A stretch of 64,000 nucleotides of DNA from Pseudomonas aeruginosa PAO1 (GCF_000006765.1 NC_002516.2), one strand, 5' to 3'. Counted from the first letter of the stretch, positions 52,530 through 62,819 are shown. The notes: generated by a model not told the origin, from the letters alone. Program-made: numbers and translations.

Positions 52530-52578
52530 GGGCGGGCTGTCCGCCGGATGCGGGAAGCGTCCGGCAGGCAGCCCGCCC
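52530..52578 (+). other. Long imperfect GC-rich hairpin between thiG and trmB
   Basis: Outer stem GGGCGGGCTG/CAGCCCGCCC, inner stem GCCGGATGC/GCGTCCGGC, loop GGGAA. Confidence 0.7.
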
Positions 52579-52606
52579 TTCTGTCTCTAGCAAGGTTTTC
52601 TTTTCC

Positions 52607-53341
52607 ATGAGCGATACCCCGCAATCCCCGGCCCAGGACTCCCTGGCGGAACACGACGAAGCACGGCCGATGCGCACCGTGAAGAGCTTCGTGATGCGCG
52701 CCGGGCGCATGACCGAAGGCCAGCAGCGTGGCCTCGACCTGGGCTGGCCGAAGTTCGGCCTGGAACTGAGCGATGAGGTCCAGGACTTCGACGCGATCTT
52801 CGGTCGCCAGGCGCCGCGGACTTTCGAGATCGGTTTCGGCATGGGCCATTCCACCCTGGAAATGGCCGCCGCTGCGCCTGACATCGACTTCATCGGCGTC
52901 GAGGTGCACAAGCCGGGCGTCGGCGCGCTGCTCAACGGCCTGCTGACCCAGGGCCTGGGCAACGTGCGGGTGTATAGCTGCGACGCGCTGGAAGTGCTGC
53001 GCCACTGCGTGGCCGACGCCAGCCTCGATCGGCTGCTGCTGTTCTTCCCCGATCCCTGGCACAAGAAGCGCCACCACAAGCGGCGGATCGTCCAGCCGGA
53101 ATTCGCCGAACTGGTGCGGCGCAAGCTGAAGGTCGGCGGCGTGCTGCACATGGCCACCGACTGGGAGCCCTATGCCGAGCACATGCTGGACGTCATGAGC
53201 GCGGCGCCGGGCTACCGCAACCAGGCCGAAGACGGCCGCTTCGTGCCGCGCCCGCAAGAGCGTCCGGTGACCAAGTTCGAGCGGCGCGGGGAGCGCCTGG
53301 GACATGGCGTCTGGGACCTCAAGTTCGAGCGCGTCGACTGA
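52607..53341 (+). CDS. trmB: tRNA (guanine-N7)-methyltransferase
   Basis: [36 protein letters not shown]. Confidence 0.97.
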   Translation: MSDTPQSPAQDSLAEHDEARPMRTVKSFVMRAGRMTEGQQRGLDLGWPKFGLELSDEVQDFDAIFGRQAPRTFEIGFGMGHSTLEMAAAAPDIDFIGVEVHKPGVGALLNGLLTQGLGNVRVYSCDALEVLRHCVADASLDRLLLFFPDPWHKKRHHKRRIVQPEFAELVRRKLKVGGVLHMATDWEPYAEHMLDVMSAAPGYRNQAEDGRFVPRPQERPVTKFERRGERLGHGVWDLKFERVD

Positions 53342-53458
53342 TCCACCGCACCAGCGACGTACCCCTGGCGCCGAACCGGCGCCGGGACTCCAAGCAGACC
53401 GGGAACACCCGGCGGACCTCACCTTCAAGCTGCACGTTTCCCGGCTTCGGCCGGATCC

Positions 53459-53466
53459 AATAATAA
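53459..53466 (+). promoter_or_regulatory. Hfq/Crc A-rich motif in the leader of the DUF1329 gene
   Basis: AATAATAA, 37 nt before the start, in an otherwise GC-rich leader. Confidence 0.5.
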
Positions 53467-53503
53467 GAGCGGCACGGCTCGGCCGGCTGCAAAGGAGACT
53501 GCT

Positions 53504-54850
53504 GTGTTGAAGAAACTGGGCATCCTGTTGCTCGGGGCCGGTTGCGCCTGGGCGGCGCAGGCCAAGGTAGACGAAGTCCAGGCCGCACGCCTGGACCAGG
53601 ACCTGACCCCGCTGGGGGCGGAGCGGGCCGGCAACGCCGATGGCAGCATCCCGCCCTGGACCGGCGGCATCACCCAGGCGCCGGCCGGCTACCGGCCCGG
53701 CATGCATCACCTCGACCCGTTCGCCGCCGATCGTCCGCGCCTGGTCCTCGACAGCCGCAACATGGCCGCCTACCAGGCGCTGCTGACGCCGGGCACCCAG
53801 GCCTTGCTGCAGGCCAACCCGGACTACCACCTGCGGGTCTTCCCCACCCGCCGCAGCGCATCCCTGCCGCAGCGCCTGTATGACGCTACCCGCGCCAACG
53901 CCAGCCGCGCCGAGCTGATCGCCGACGGCAACGGCGTGCAGGGCGCTGCCGCCGGCGTGCCCTTCCCCCTGCCGCAGAGCGGCCAGGAAGCGATCTGGAA
54001 CCACATCATGCGCTACCGCGGCGAGCAACTGCACCTGCAGACCAACCAGGCGGCGGTGCTGGCCAACGGCAGCTACAACCTGCTCAAGCTCGACCGCTAC
54101 CTGTACTTCGTCTATGGCCGCGAGGGGATGATCCCGGAGAACCTCGACAACACGTTGTTCTACTACAAGTACAAGGTGGTCGCGCCGGCGCGCCTGGCCG
54201 GTTCGGCGCTGGTGGTGCAGGAAACCCTCGACCAGGTGCTGTCGATCCGCAAGGCCTGGCGCTTCAACCGTGGCGAGCGGCGCGTGCGGCGCTTGCCGAC
54301 CCTGGCCTACGACAGCCTGCAGCCGGATACCAACGGCATGGCCACGGCGGACACCGTGGATGTCTACAACGGCGCACCGGACCACTACGAGTGGGCGTTG
54401 CTCGGCAAGCGCGAGATGCTGGTGCCTTACAACAGCTACGCGGTGCACCAGAAGGGCCTCGCCTATGGCGACATCCTCAAGAGCCGCTTCATCAATCCCG
54501 ACCTGCTGCGCTACGAGCTGCATCGCGTCTGGGTGGTCGAGGCGACCCTGCGCAAGGGCTTCAGCCATCCCTACGCCAAGCGCCGCTTCTACCTCGACGA
54601 AGACAGCTGGCAGATCCTCGCCGCCGACATCTACGACAAGGATGGCGTGCTGACCCGGGCCCAGGAGGTCCATCCGATCAACTACTACGATGTGCCGCTG
54701 GTCTCCAGCACCCTGGAAGCGATCTACGACTTCAAGGGCGGCCGCTACTTCGTCGATGGGCTGGACAACAACGAGCCGATGTACGACTTCGGCGTGCAGG
54801 TTGGGCCGCGCGACTTCACCCCGCAGGCGCTGCGCCGGGAGGGGAACTGA
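53504..54850 (+). CDS. DUF1329-family exported protein (LolA-like fold)
   Basis: Signal peptide, LTPLGAERAGNADGSIPPWTGG, ERRVRR, YELHRVWVVEA. Confidence 0.88.
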   Translation: MLKKLGILLLGAGCAWAAQAKVDEVQAARLDQDLTPLGAERAGNADGSIPPWTGGITQAPAGYRPGMHHLDPFAADRPRLVLDSRNMAAYQALLTPGTQALLQANPDYHLRVFPTRRSASLPQRLYDATRANASRAELIADGNGVQGAAAGVPFPLPQSGQEAIWNHIMRYRGEQLHLQTNQAAVLANGSYNLLKLDRYLYFVYGREGMIPENLDNTLFYYKYKVVAPARLAGSALVVQETLDQVLSIRKAWRFNRGERRVRRLPTLAYDSLQPDTNGMATADTVDVYNGAPDHYEWALLGKREMLVPYNSYAVHQKGLAYGDILKSRFINPDLLRYELHRVWVVEATLRKGFSHPYAKRRFYLDEDSWQILAADIYDKDGVLTRAQEVHPINYYDVPLVSSTLEAIYDFKGGRYFVDGLDNNEPMYDFGVQVGPRDFTPQALRREGN

Positions 54851-54862
54851 GGCGGACGGCCC

Positions 54863-55120
54863 TCAGACGATCAGCTCGGCGCCGCGTAGCGTGCCGTCGT
54901 CGTCCAGGCGCGCCGGCGCCGGGCTGATCTGCAGGTACTTGATGCTGTCCCGCGGAATCAGCAGCAGGTCGCCGTCGACCTCGACGCTGAGATAGGGCGT
55001 GTCCAGTTGCTGACGGATGCTGCGGGCAACCTCGGCCGGGTCGTCCTGCTGGCGCGGGAAGCGCAGCGACAGGCGCTGGCCGTCGGTGAAATGCAGGTAG
55101 AGGTGCTTGATCGGTTTCAT
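54863..55120 (-). CDS. Small hypothetical protein (85 aa)
   Basis: GGAG RBS and typical codon usage; no family recognised. Confidence 0.7.
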   Translation of the reverse strand: MKPIKHLYLHFTDGQRLSLRFPRQQDDPAEVARSIRQQLDTPYLSVEVDGDLLLIPRDSIKYLQISPAPARLDDDGTLRGAELIV

Positions 55121-55181
55121 GCGGGCTCCCGGAGGCCATGACGCTCTTGGGGACGGCGCTGGCCGCCGGGAGACCGGGGGC

Positions 55182-55505
55182 TCAGCTGCGATCGGCGATC
55201 ATGCCGATCACGAAGAACACTAGCAGGAGCACGGGCGCCAGGGTGTAGTTGTTGAAGTAGCCGAGGCCCTTGGCCAGCCAGGGGGTGACGAAGACCATCG
55301 CCAGGCCGTAGCCGACCGCGCAGATCAACACGAACAGCAGGGTGCGGAAGACGAAGTTGAGGCTGCCGATGCGCTGCTGTACCCAGGCGTTGATCGCCGG
55401 GCCGAACAGCACCAGCAGGGTGGCCATGATGGCCAGGGAAATGTCCGACAGGTGGCTGCGGCTCCAGCGCGACAGGGTGGCGATCAGGTCCAGCGCGTAA
55501 TCCAT
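55182..55505 (-). CDS. Small membrane protein (DUF3392-like)
   Basis: 107 aa with three hydrophobic segments; family name from recollection. Confidence 0.72.
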   Translation of the reverse strand: MDYALDLIATLSRWSRSHLSDISLAIMATLLVLFGPAINAWVQQRIGSLNFVFRTLLFVLICAVGYGLAMVFVTPWLAKGLGYFNNYTLAPVLLLVFFVIGMIADRS

Positions 55506-55585
55506 CGAGGGTTCCTTGTAACGAATCGGCGTGTCGGTCGGCGGAGTTTACCTGCCTGCCGGCACGGATGGGCGTGCATCCGTCG

Positions 55586-56740
55586 TCACGGCAGGAAATG
55601 TTGCAGCAGGTCGTTGAGGAACAGCTGGCCGCGTTCGCTGGGACGCAGGTGCTGCGGGTCGTCGGCGAGCAGCCCGGCGTCGCGCGCGGCGGCGCAGGCA
55701 TCGGCGATCGCCGCCAGTGGCTGGCCGGTGCGCTGCGGGTAGAGCGCGGCGGGGACGCCGTCGACCAGGCGCAGCACGTTCATCATGAACTCGAATGGCA
55801 GGTCGGCCGCTTCCAGCGGGCGCTCGCCGGCCTGGAAGGCCTTTTGCGGGTTGAGGTAGTCCTTCGGCAGGCGGGTCTTCCAGGTCCGCACGATGCGTCC
55901 GTCCGGCGCGCTCAGCTTGGCGTGGGCGCCGGCGCCGATGCCGAGGAAGTCGCCGAAGCTCCAGTAGTTCAGGTTGTGCCGGGCGCGCAGGCCGTCGCGG
56001 GCGTAGGCGGAGGTCTCGTACTGGCGGTAGCCGTGCTCGTCGAGCAGGGCCTGGCCGGCTTCCTGGATGTCCCAGAGGATGTCGTCCTCGGGCAGCTCCG
56101 GCGGCTGGCTCCAGAACACCGTGTTCGGCTCCATGGTCAGTTGGTACCAGGAGAGGTGCGTGGGGGCCAGGGCGAGGGCCTGGCGCAGGTCGGCCAGGGC
56201 GTCGTCGAGGCTCTGCCCGGGCAGGCCGTGCATCAGGTCGAGGTTGAAGTTGTCGAAGCCGGCCTGGCGCGCCATGTCGGCGGCGCGCACTGCCTCGGCG
56301 CCGTCGTGGATGCGCCCCAGGGCCTGCAGCTTGTCGGCCTGGAAGCTCTGCACGCCGATGGACAGGCGATTGATGCCGAGGCGCCGGTAGTCGGCGAACT
56401 TGACCTGTTCGAAGGTGCCGGGATTGGCTTCCAGGGTGATCTCGATGCCGTCGGCGAAGCCGACCCTGCGCTCGACGCCTTCCAGTAGCCGGCCCAGGGC
56501 CTTGGCCGAGAACAGGCTGGGCGTGCCGCCGCCGAAGAAGATCGAACCCAGGCGCCGGCCGTGGACATGGCGCAGGTCTTGCTCCAGGTCGGCGAGCAGG
56601 GCGTCGACATAGGCCTCTTCGGGCAGCTCCGGGCCAGCGGCGTGGGAGTTGAAGTCGCAATACGGGCACTTGCGCACGCACCACGGGATGTGCACGTACA
56701 GGGCCAGGGGCGGGAGCTGGAACGGGGTGGCTTGGGTCAC
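55586..56740 (-). CDS. hemW: Radical-SAM heme chaperone (HemN-like)
   Basis: HIPWCVRKCPYCDF, FGGGTPS, HNLNYW; follows rdgB. Confidence 0.93.
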   Translation of the reverse strand: MTQATPFQLPPLALYVHIPWCVRKCPYCDFNSHAAGPELPEEAYVDALLADLEQDLRHVHGRRLGSIFFGGGTPSLFSAKALGRLLEGVERRVGFADGIEITLEANPGTFEQVKFADYRRLGINRLSIGVQSFQADKLQALGRIHDGAEAVRAADMARQAGFDNFNLDLMHGLPGQSLDDALADLRQALALAPTHLSWYQLTMEPNTVFWSQPPELPEDDILWDIQEAGQALLDEHGYRQYETSAYARDGLRARHNLNYWSFGDFLGIGAGAHAKLSAPDGRIVRTWKTRLPKDYLNPQKAFQAGERPLEAADLPFEFMMNVLRLVDGVPAALYPQRTGQPLAAIADACAAARDAGLLADDPQHLRPSERGQLFLNDLLQHFLP

Positions 56741-56860
56741 GGCGGGGCGGGGTGGAGGCGGTTTCGGGGCGCTATCGTGGCATGAGTTCGGCCAACCTCC
56801 AAGGCGGCCGGACGAAACGCCGTGCCGACGCCGCCCGGGGGCGCCGCCGGCGGTTGCGGC

Positions 56861-57454
56861 TCAGAGACCCAGGCGCTGCTTGAGCAGGGCCATGGCGCGG
56901 GCTCGGTGGCTGAGGCGGTTCTTCTCCTCGGGCGCCAGCTCGGCGCTGGAGCAGTCGCGTTCCGGCACCCAGAACAGCGGGTCGTAGCCGAAGCCGTGGG
57001 CGCCGCGGGCTTCGCGGAGGATGCGGCCTTCCCAGATGCCCTCGCAGAGGATCGGCAGCGGGTCGTCGGCGTGGCGCACCAGCGCCAGCACGCTGACGAA
57101 CTGTGCGCCGCGCTCGGCGTCCGGGACATCCTTCATGGCCTCCAGCAGCTTGGCGTTGTTCGCCGCGTCGCCCCGGCCGTCGGCATAGCGCGCCGAGTAG
57201 ATGCCCGGCGCGCCGCCGAGGAAGTCCACCGCCAGCCCGGAGTCGTCGGCCAGCGCCGGCAGGCCGGAGAGGCGTGCGGCGTTGCGTGCCTTGAGGATGG
57301 CGTTCTCGACGAAGGAAAGACCGGTTTCCTCCGGTTCCACCTGGCTGAACTCGCCGATCGAGCGCACCTTCACGCTGGCGCCGAGCATGGCCTGGAGTTC
57401 CTTGAGTTTGCCGGCATTGTGGCTGGCCAGCACCAGCTGTTCGAGCTTGATCAT
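56861..57454 (-). CDS. rdgB: Non-canonical purine NTP pyrophosphatase (dITP/XTPase)
   Basis: [32 protein letters not shown]; ATG 57454 overlaps the upstream stop. Confidence 0.96.
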   Translation of the reverse strand: MIKLEQLVLASHNAGKLKELQAMLGASVKVRSIGEFSQVEPEETGLSFVENAILKARNAARLSGLPALADDSGLAVDFLGGAPGIYSARYADGRGDAANNAKLLEAMKDVPDAERGAQFVSVLALVRHADDPLPILCEGIWEGRILREARGAHGFGYDPLFWVPERDCSSAELAPEEKNRLSHRARAMALLKQRLGL

Positions 57455-57870
57455 TCGTCCGGGAAGATTTCCTTGTTGAAACTGAAGGTCTGCGCAGGTT
57501 CGCCCTTGGCCTCGACCTTGATGGTGAAGACCAGGGTCTCGCGCTGGCTGATCGGGAATTGCGCCAGGTTGTAGATGGCGCCTTCCTCGCTGACTCGGCG
57601 GAACTCCAGGGGGATGACCTTGCCGGTCAGGTCCTTGGCCGAGCCGGTCACGGCGGCCTCTACCGGCTTGCCTTTCTCCATCGGCACCACGTTGATCACG
57701 CCCTGCGCCTTGCTGCGTACCAGGCCGACCGCGCTGGCCACGTTGGGCTGGAGGAAGCTGGAGTTGAACACGTTGTAGTGGACGTCCAGGTCGCCGAAGC
57801 GCTGCACCTGCTCGGCGAGGACCGGCAGGCTCAGGCAGAGGCCGAGGACGAAAGCGGTGAAGCGGCGCAT
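57451..57870 (-). CDS. DUF4426-family exported protein
   Basis: Signal peptide, [17 protein letters not shown]. Confidence 0.8.
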   Translation of the reverse strand: MRRFTAFVLGLCLSLPVLAEQVQRFGDLDVHYNVFNSSFLQPNVASAVGLVRSKAQGVINVVPMEKGKPVEAAVTGSAKDLTGKVIPLEFRRVSEEGAIYNLAQFPISQRETLVFTIKVEAKGEPAQTFSFNKEIFPDE

Positions 57871-58001
57871 GATGGTTTCTCCTGAAAGGTGGCATGGACG
57901 TTGTCCATGGTCTGCTGCCGGCGGCCTTGGCCGGCTTCGGCAGCGCTCTCCCGAGGACGAGCGGAGGGGCGCCCGGCCCTGGCCCGCAGCCTGGCGCGTT
58001 C

Positions 58002-58622
58002 CTAGACGGCGAGGTTGCGGGTCTGCACTCCGGGTCCGGTGACCCGGTAGATTCCAATCTCACCCAATAGATTAGGCCACAGCCGGCTGGCCCAGCCATG
58101 CCGGTGGTCACGGTCCACGGCCAGGCGGTCGAGCACGCGCATGCGCAACTGGCGGCACAGGCGCTCGAAGTCCTGGAAGGTGCAGAAATGGATGTTCGGC
58201 GTGTTGTACCAGGTATACGGCAGGAACTCGGAGACCGGCATCCGGCCGTTGCGCGCCAGGTACCAGCGGCAGCGCCAGTGGCCGAAGTTGGGGAAGGTGA
58301 TGATGCAGGTCTTGCCGACCCGCAGCATCTCTTCGAGGATCTTGTCCGGATAGTGCACGGCCTGTAGCGCCTGGGTCATCACCACCACGTCGAAGCTGTC
58401 GCTGGCGAAGTTGCCCAGGCCCTTGTCGAGGTCCTGCTCGATCACGTTCACCCCGTTTTCGATGCAACGGGCGATGTTGTCGGGGTCGATCTCCAGGCCG
58501 TAGCCGCTGACCTGCTTGTGGTCGCGCAGCCAGGCCAGGAGTTCGCCGTCGCCGCAGCCGAGGTCGAGGACGCGGCTGCCGGCGGGAATCCATTCCTGGA
58601 TGATTTCAAGATCGGCGCGCAT
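58002..58622 (-). CDS. metW: Methionine biosynthesis protein MetW
   Basis: [23 protein letters not shown]; directly after metX. Confidence 0.95.
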   Translation of the reverse strand: MRADLEIIQEWIPAGSRVLDLGCGDGELLAWLRDHKQVSGYGLEIDPDNIARCIENGVNVIEQDLDKGLGNFASDSFDVVVMTQALQAVHYPDKILEEMLRVGKTCIITFPNFGHWRCRWYLARNGRMPVSEFLPYTWYNTPNIHFCTFQDFERLCRQLRMRVLDRLAVDRDHRHGWASRLWPNLLGEIGIYRVTGPGVQTRNLAV

Positions 58623-58629
58623 CGGGTCC

Positions 58630-59769
58630 TCACACGCTGATGCGGTTCATGTAACCGCTGAAGGCTTGCAGGTACCGGGGGATCGGCATGAGGAAGGCGT
58701 CGTGGCCTTGCGGGGCGTCGATCTCCAGGTAGCTGACGTTCTTTTTCGCCGCGATCAGGGCGTCGACGATTTCCCGCGAGCGGGCCGGCGAGAAACGCCA
58801 GTCGGTGGTGAAGGACATCAGGCAGAAGTCCGCCTCGACGCCCTCCAGGGTGCGCACCAGGTCGTCGCCGTGGGCGGCGGCGGGGTCGAAGTAGTCCAGC
58901 GCCTTGGTCATCAGCAGGTAGGTATTGGCGTCGAAGCGGGTGGAGAACTCCTCGCCCTGGTAGCGCAGGTAACTCTCGACCTGGAACTCGACGCTGTGCA
59001 GGTCGTAGTTGAGCTTCTCGGTCTTCAGTACACGGCCGAACTTGGCGCCCATGGCGTCGTCGGACAGGTAGGTGATATGGCCGACCATCCGCGCCAGCTT
59101 GAGGCCGCGCTTGGGAATCACGCCCTGCTCCTGGAAGTAGCCGCCGAGGAACTCAGGGTCGGAAAGAATCGCCTGCCGGGCGACTTCGTTGAAGGCGATG
59201 TTCTGCGCCGACAGCTTCGGCGCGCTGGCGATGCACAGGCAGTGACGGACGCGCTCGGGATAGCTGATGGTCCATTGCAGCGCCTGCATGCCGCCGAGGC
59301 TGCCGCCGACCACCGCGGCCCACTGGCGGATGCCGAGGCGGTCTGCCAGGCGCGCCTGGCTATGCACCCAGTCTTCCACCGTAACCATCGGGAAGTCCGC
59401 GCCGTAGACCTTGCCGGTCGCCGGATTGATGCTGGCGGGGCCGCTGGATCCGTTGCAACCGCCGAGGTTGTTGAGGGCGACGACGAAGAACTTGCGGGTG
59501 TCGATCGGCTTGCCCGGACCGATGCAGCTGTCCCACCAGCCCGGCTTGCGCTCGTCGACGCTGTGGTAGCCGGCGGCGTGGTGGTGGCCGGAGAGGGCGT
59601 GGCAGATCAGCACCGCGTTGCTCTGCGTGGCATTCAGCTCGCCGTAGGTTTCGATCACCAGGTCGTACTCGGCCAGGGACTTGCCGCTGGTCAGCTCGAG
59701 CGGTTCGTTGAAGTGCAGCGTCTGGGGGGAGACCAGACCGACGGAGTCGTCGGGGAAGACTGTGGGCAT
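58630..59769 (-). CDS. metX: Homoserine O-acyltransferase (MetX family)
   Basis: [29 protein letters not shown]. Confidence 0.97.
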   Translation of the reverse strand: MPTVFPDDSVGLVSPQTLHFNEPLELTSGKSLAEYDLVIETYGELNATQSNAVLICHALSGHHHAAGYHSVDERKPGWWDSCIGPGKPIDTRKFFVVALNNLGGCNGSSGPASINPATGKVYGADFPMVTVEDWVHSQARLADRLGIRQWAAVVGGSLGGMQALQWTISYPERVRHCLCIASAPKLSAQNIAFNEVARQAILSDPEFLGGYFQEQGVIPKRGLKLARMVGHITYLSDDAMGAKFGRVLKTEKLNYDLHSVEFQVESYLRYQGEEFSTRFDANTYLLMTKALDYFDPAAAHGDDLVRTLEGVEADFCLMSFTTDWRFSPARSREIVDALIAAKKNVSYLEIDAPQGHDAFLMPIPRYLQAFSGYMNRISV

Positions 59770-59799
59770 CGACCCTGCTCTCGAACAAAGGAGGGCGCC

Positions 59800-59828
59800 A
59801 GTCTAAAGAGCGTCGCCCCCAGCGGCAA
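59800..59828 (-). promoter_or_regulatory. Sigma70-like promoter for metXW
   Basis: TTGCCG-N17-TAGACT ending 30 nt before the ATG. Confidence 0.6.
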
Positions 59829-59857
59829 GCGCGCTGGCGCGCGCCGTGGGAGCGGGG

Positions 59858-61825
59858 TCAGGCGCGCTGCGAGCCGGGCAGGTTGACCACCTTGGCCTGG
59901 CGCTGCAGGGGCGAGGGGCGGCGCAACTGGCGGAGGATGTCGCCGGCTTCGCGCAACTGTTCCTGCAATTCCCCGGCGAACCCGGCGAAGGCCTGGCTGC
60001 GCTGGCGTACCTGCTGGGTCTCCTGGGCCAGGCCCTTGAGGCGGAGCATGTGGCTTTCGAGCAACTGTTTGTTTTCCAGGGTGTGCTGCATCAGCGGCAT
60101 CAGCGCGTCGTTGGCCCAGCGCTCGGTTTCCTCGCGCAGGCGCTGGTGCAGGCCGACCACCTCCTGCACCAGGGTGGCGAAGAAGCGCCGGGTCAGCAGG
60201 CGTTGCTCGGTAAGCACGGTCTTCAGCTGCAGGCGGAACTGGTCGCCCTTCTTCTTCAGTTGCAACAGTTCGCGCTGGTAGCGCTGGACCCGTAGCTGCG
60301 GCGCGTCGAGGGCGTAGAGCGGGTTCTCCTCGTTGTGCCGGCGGTAGATGGCGGCGACCATGCGGTTGGCCATGCCGGCCTCGTGCTCGAGGTTGTCGAG
60401 GTCGTGCTCCACCGCGCGGAAGAACGCCAGGATCGCCTGGTTGATGCCGACCGTGGTCAGGCTGCCGTTGAGGTTGCGCCGCACCTTCTGCAGGTGCTGT
60501 TCCATGCGTTCGCTGCGGATCGTCTCGCGCAGCGTCGCGCCCTGGTGCTGCAGCAGGCGCTGGTTGGTCTTCAGGTTGAGCAGGCGGCGGTGGTGGCGGC
60601 CGTGGTCGTCCTTGGTCTTCGCGGTCAGTTCGAACAGCAGTTGGCCGCTGTCGCGCTGCTTGTCGTCGAGCAGCGCGCGCTGTTCCTCGACCTTCTCCAG
60701 GCGCAGGCGCAGCAGCTGCTGGCTGTTGTGCAGCAGGCCAAGGACCTGGCCGAGCACGGCGTTCTCCAGCAGCGCTTCCTTCTGCGCGACGATGCGCTCG
60801 CAGAGCAGCGCTTCCAGCCGATCCAGGCGACTGCGTTCGAGCAGCGCCGGTTCGCCGCGGACCTTGGCCAGCAGCGCCTGCTTCGCCGACAGCGGCAGCA
60901 CGTCGCCGCGCTGCAGGCCGAGCTGGCGGGCCGTGCCGTCCTGGATCAGGCGGATGGCGTTCTGTACGAAGCGCTCGCCGGAAAGGTCGTCCCAGAGCAC
61001 GTCGATCTTGTTCAGCACGGCGAACAGGCTGCTGTGGCCGTCCTCGCGCAGTGGCTGGATGTACTTCTGCCAGATTTCCATGTCCGAGGCGGTGACACCG
61101 GCGTCGGCGGACAGCAGGAACAGGATCGCCTGGGCGTTGGGCAGCATCGACAGGGTCAGCTCCGGCTCGCTGCCGAGGGCGTTCAGGCCGGGCGTGTCGA
61201 GGATCCGCAGGCCCTGGCGCAGCAGCGGGTGGTCGAAGTTGACCAGGGCGTGGCGCCAGGCCGGGACGCGCACCTGGTCGGGCTCGTCGGCGGCTTCCAG
61301 GGCATCCGGGTGGAAGCCGAGCTGGATCGCCTGTTCCACCGGCAGCGCCTTGGTCTTGGCGACCTGGGCGAAGGCCTGGGCCATGCCCTCCGGGTCGCCG
61401 GTGTCCAGCGGAATGTTCACCCAGTGGCGCGGCACGCGCTTGAACTGGGCGACGCTGGCGTCGGCCAGGCGCGTCTCGATCGGCAGCAGGCGGATGTAGC
61501 TGCGCTCGGCGCGCGGATCGTGGAACAGCTCGGTGGGGCACATGGTGGTGCGCCCGGCGTGGGACGGCAGCATGCGCTGGCCGTAGCCGGCGAAGAACAG
61601 GCTGTTGATCAGCTCGGTCTTGCCACGCGAGAACTCGCCGACGAAGGCCAGGGTGATGTGGTCCGCGCGTAGTTGGCGCAGGGCGCGTTCGAGCTTGGCC
61701 TCGACCGCCGGGCTGTTCAGCCGGCTGCGCTCCAGCCAGCCGCGATAGCGGGTGATTTCCCGCATCAGCTCGCGCTTCCAGGCGACGTAGGCGTCGATTT
61801 GATGGCTGAGTCTTTCCATGCTCAT
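59858..61825 (-). CDS. Bacterial dynamin-like GTPase with long helical C-terminus
   Basis: G1 GEFSRGKT, G2 GRTT, G3 DTPG, G4 NKID, followed by heptad-rich helices. Confidence 0.85.
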   Translation of the reverse strand: MSMERLSHQIDAYVAWKRELMREITRYRGWLERSRLNSPAVEAKLERALRQLRADHITLAFVGEFSRGKTELINSLFFAGYGQRMLPSHAGRTTMCPTELFHDPRAERSYIRLLPIETRLADASVAQFKRVPRHWVNIPLDTGDPEGMAQAFAQVAKTKALPVEQAIQLGFHPDALEAADEPDQVRVPAWRHALVNFDHPLLRQGLRILDTPGLNALGSEPELTLSMLPNAQAILFLLSADAGVTASDMEIWQKYIQPLREDGHSSLFAVLNKIDVLWDDLSGERFVQNAIRLIQDGTARQLGLQRGDVLPLSAKQALLAKVRGEPALLERSRLDRLEALLCERIVAQKEALLENAVLGQVLGLLHNSQQLLRLRLEKVEEQRALLDDKQRDSGQLLFELTAKTKDDHGRHHRRLLNLKTNQRLLQHQGATLRETIRSERMEQHLQKVRRNLNGSLTTVGINQAILAFFRAVEHDLDNLEHEAGMANRMVAAIYRRHNEENPLYALDAPQLRVQRYQRELLQLKKKGDQFRLQLKTVLTEQRLLTRRFFATLVQEVVGLHQRLREETERWANDALMPLMQHTLENKQLLESHMLRLKGLAQETQQVRQRSQAFAGFAGELQEQLREAGDILRQLRRPSPLQRQAKVVNLPGSQRA

Positions 61826-61870
61826 CCAGGGGCTCCAGGGCGCGGGACCGGCGGGGGAAGGATGGCGTGG

Positions 61871-61898
61871 ATTATGCGGGGGAGCGGAGGAGCGTCAA
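61871..61898 (-). promoter_or_regulatory. Sigma70-like promoter for the dynamin-like gene
   Basis: TTGACG-N16-CATAAT. Confidence 0.6.
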
Positions 61899-61932
61899 TT
61901 GGCCTGCTTCACATTCCTGCACGTAAGGTCGG

Positions 61933-62229
61933 TCAAGCGGGTCGAGCGGCGATCCCCAGTTCCTCCGGCAATCGGGTCGGACGGCGGATGCGCACCCGTT
62001 TCTGCCGGTTCAGCTCGCCGCTTTCGAGACTCACCAGGCTCTTGGCCACGCCGAAGGCCTTGCCGAGGAAGGTCAGCAGATGGGCGTTGGCCTTGCCCTC
62101 CACCGGCGGTGCGGTGAGGCGGATCTTCAGGCGCTCGCCGTGCAGCCCGGCGAACTCGTCGCGGCTCGCCTTGGGCTGCAGGTGGCAATCGAGGAGCAGG
62201 TCCTCGCCGTCCCAGCGGTAGAAGCTCAG
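61933..62229 (-). CDS. yggU: DUF167/YggU (UPF0235) protein with apparent CTG start; absent from the ORF track
   Basis: Hand translation: (L/M)SFYRWDGEDLLLDCHLQPKASRDEFAGLHGERLKIRLTAPPVEGKANAHLLTFLGKAFGVAKSLVSLESGELNRQKRVRIRRPTRLPEELGIAARPA*; APPVEGKAN is the family signature. Confidence 0.88.
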   Translation of the reverse strand: MSFYRWDGEDLLLDCHLQPKASRDEFAGLHGERLKIRLTAPPVEGKANAHLLTFLGKAFGVAKSLVSLESGELNRQKRVRIRRPTRLPEELGIAARPA

Positions 62230-62819
62230 AGGAAAATGCTCAACTGCTGGGGCATGCCGGTCATGGCCGCCAGGTTGTTGATCACCAGCATGTCGATCAG
62301 CTTCAGCGCGAGGAACGCGAAGATCGGCGAGAGATCCAGTCCGCCGAGGTTCGGCAGGAGCTTGCGGAACGGCATCAGCAGCGGTTCGCAGATCTGGTTC
62401 ACCAGTTGCGCGCCGGGGTTGTAGCTGCCCGGGGCGACCCAGGAAAGGATCACGCTGATGATCAGGGCGAAGAAGAACACCTTCAGGAACAGCGAGGTGA
62501 CGGCGATGATCGACCAGATCAGCAGTTGCATGATGAAGCCGCCGACGCCGTAGCCCATCAGCATCAGGATCAGGATCATCAGCACCAGCTGGATCAGGAT
62601 CGCCAGCACCAGCGAGGCCAGGTCGATCCCGCCGAAGCCGGGGATGATCCGCCGCAGCGGGTTCAGCAGCGGCTTGGTGGCGCGCACGATGAACTGGCTG
62701 AGGGGGTTGTAGAAGTCCGCGCGGACCAACTGCAGGATGAAGCGCAGCAGCACGATCAGCAGGTAGAGGCTGCCGAGGGTCTGGAGGATATAGATAGCAG
62801 CGGTGTTGAGGCCGATCAT
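62226..62819 (-). CDS. yggT: YggT-family membrane protein (two YggT repeats)
   Basis: FYNPLSQFIVRATKPLL..R and ILSWV..QICEPLL..LDLSP. Confidence 0.93.
   Translation of the reverse strand: MIGLNTAAIYILQTLGSLYLLIVLLRFILQLVRADFYNPLSQFIVRATKPLLNPLRRIIPGFGGIDLASLVLAILIQLVLMILILMLMGYGVGGFIMQLLIWSIIAVTSLFLKVFFFALIISVILSWVAPGSYNPGAQLVNQICEPLLMPFRKLLPNLGGLDLSPIFAFLALKLIDMLVINNLAAMTGMPQQLSIFL

Noticed and set aside
59770-59857. SAM/SAH riboswitch upstream of metX
   Set aside because: The intergenic region is only 88 nt and contains the promoter 30 nt from the start; no aptamer core is seen.
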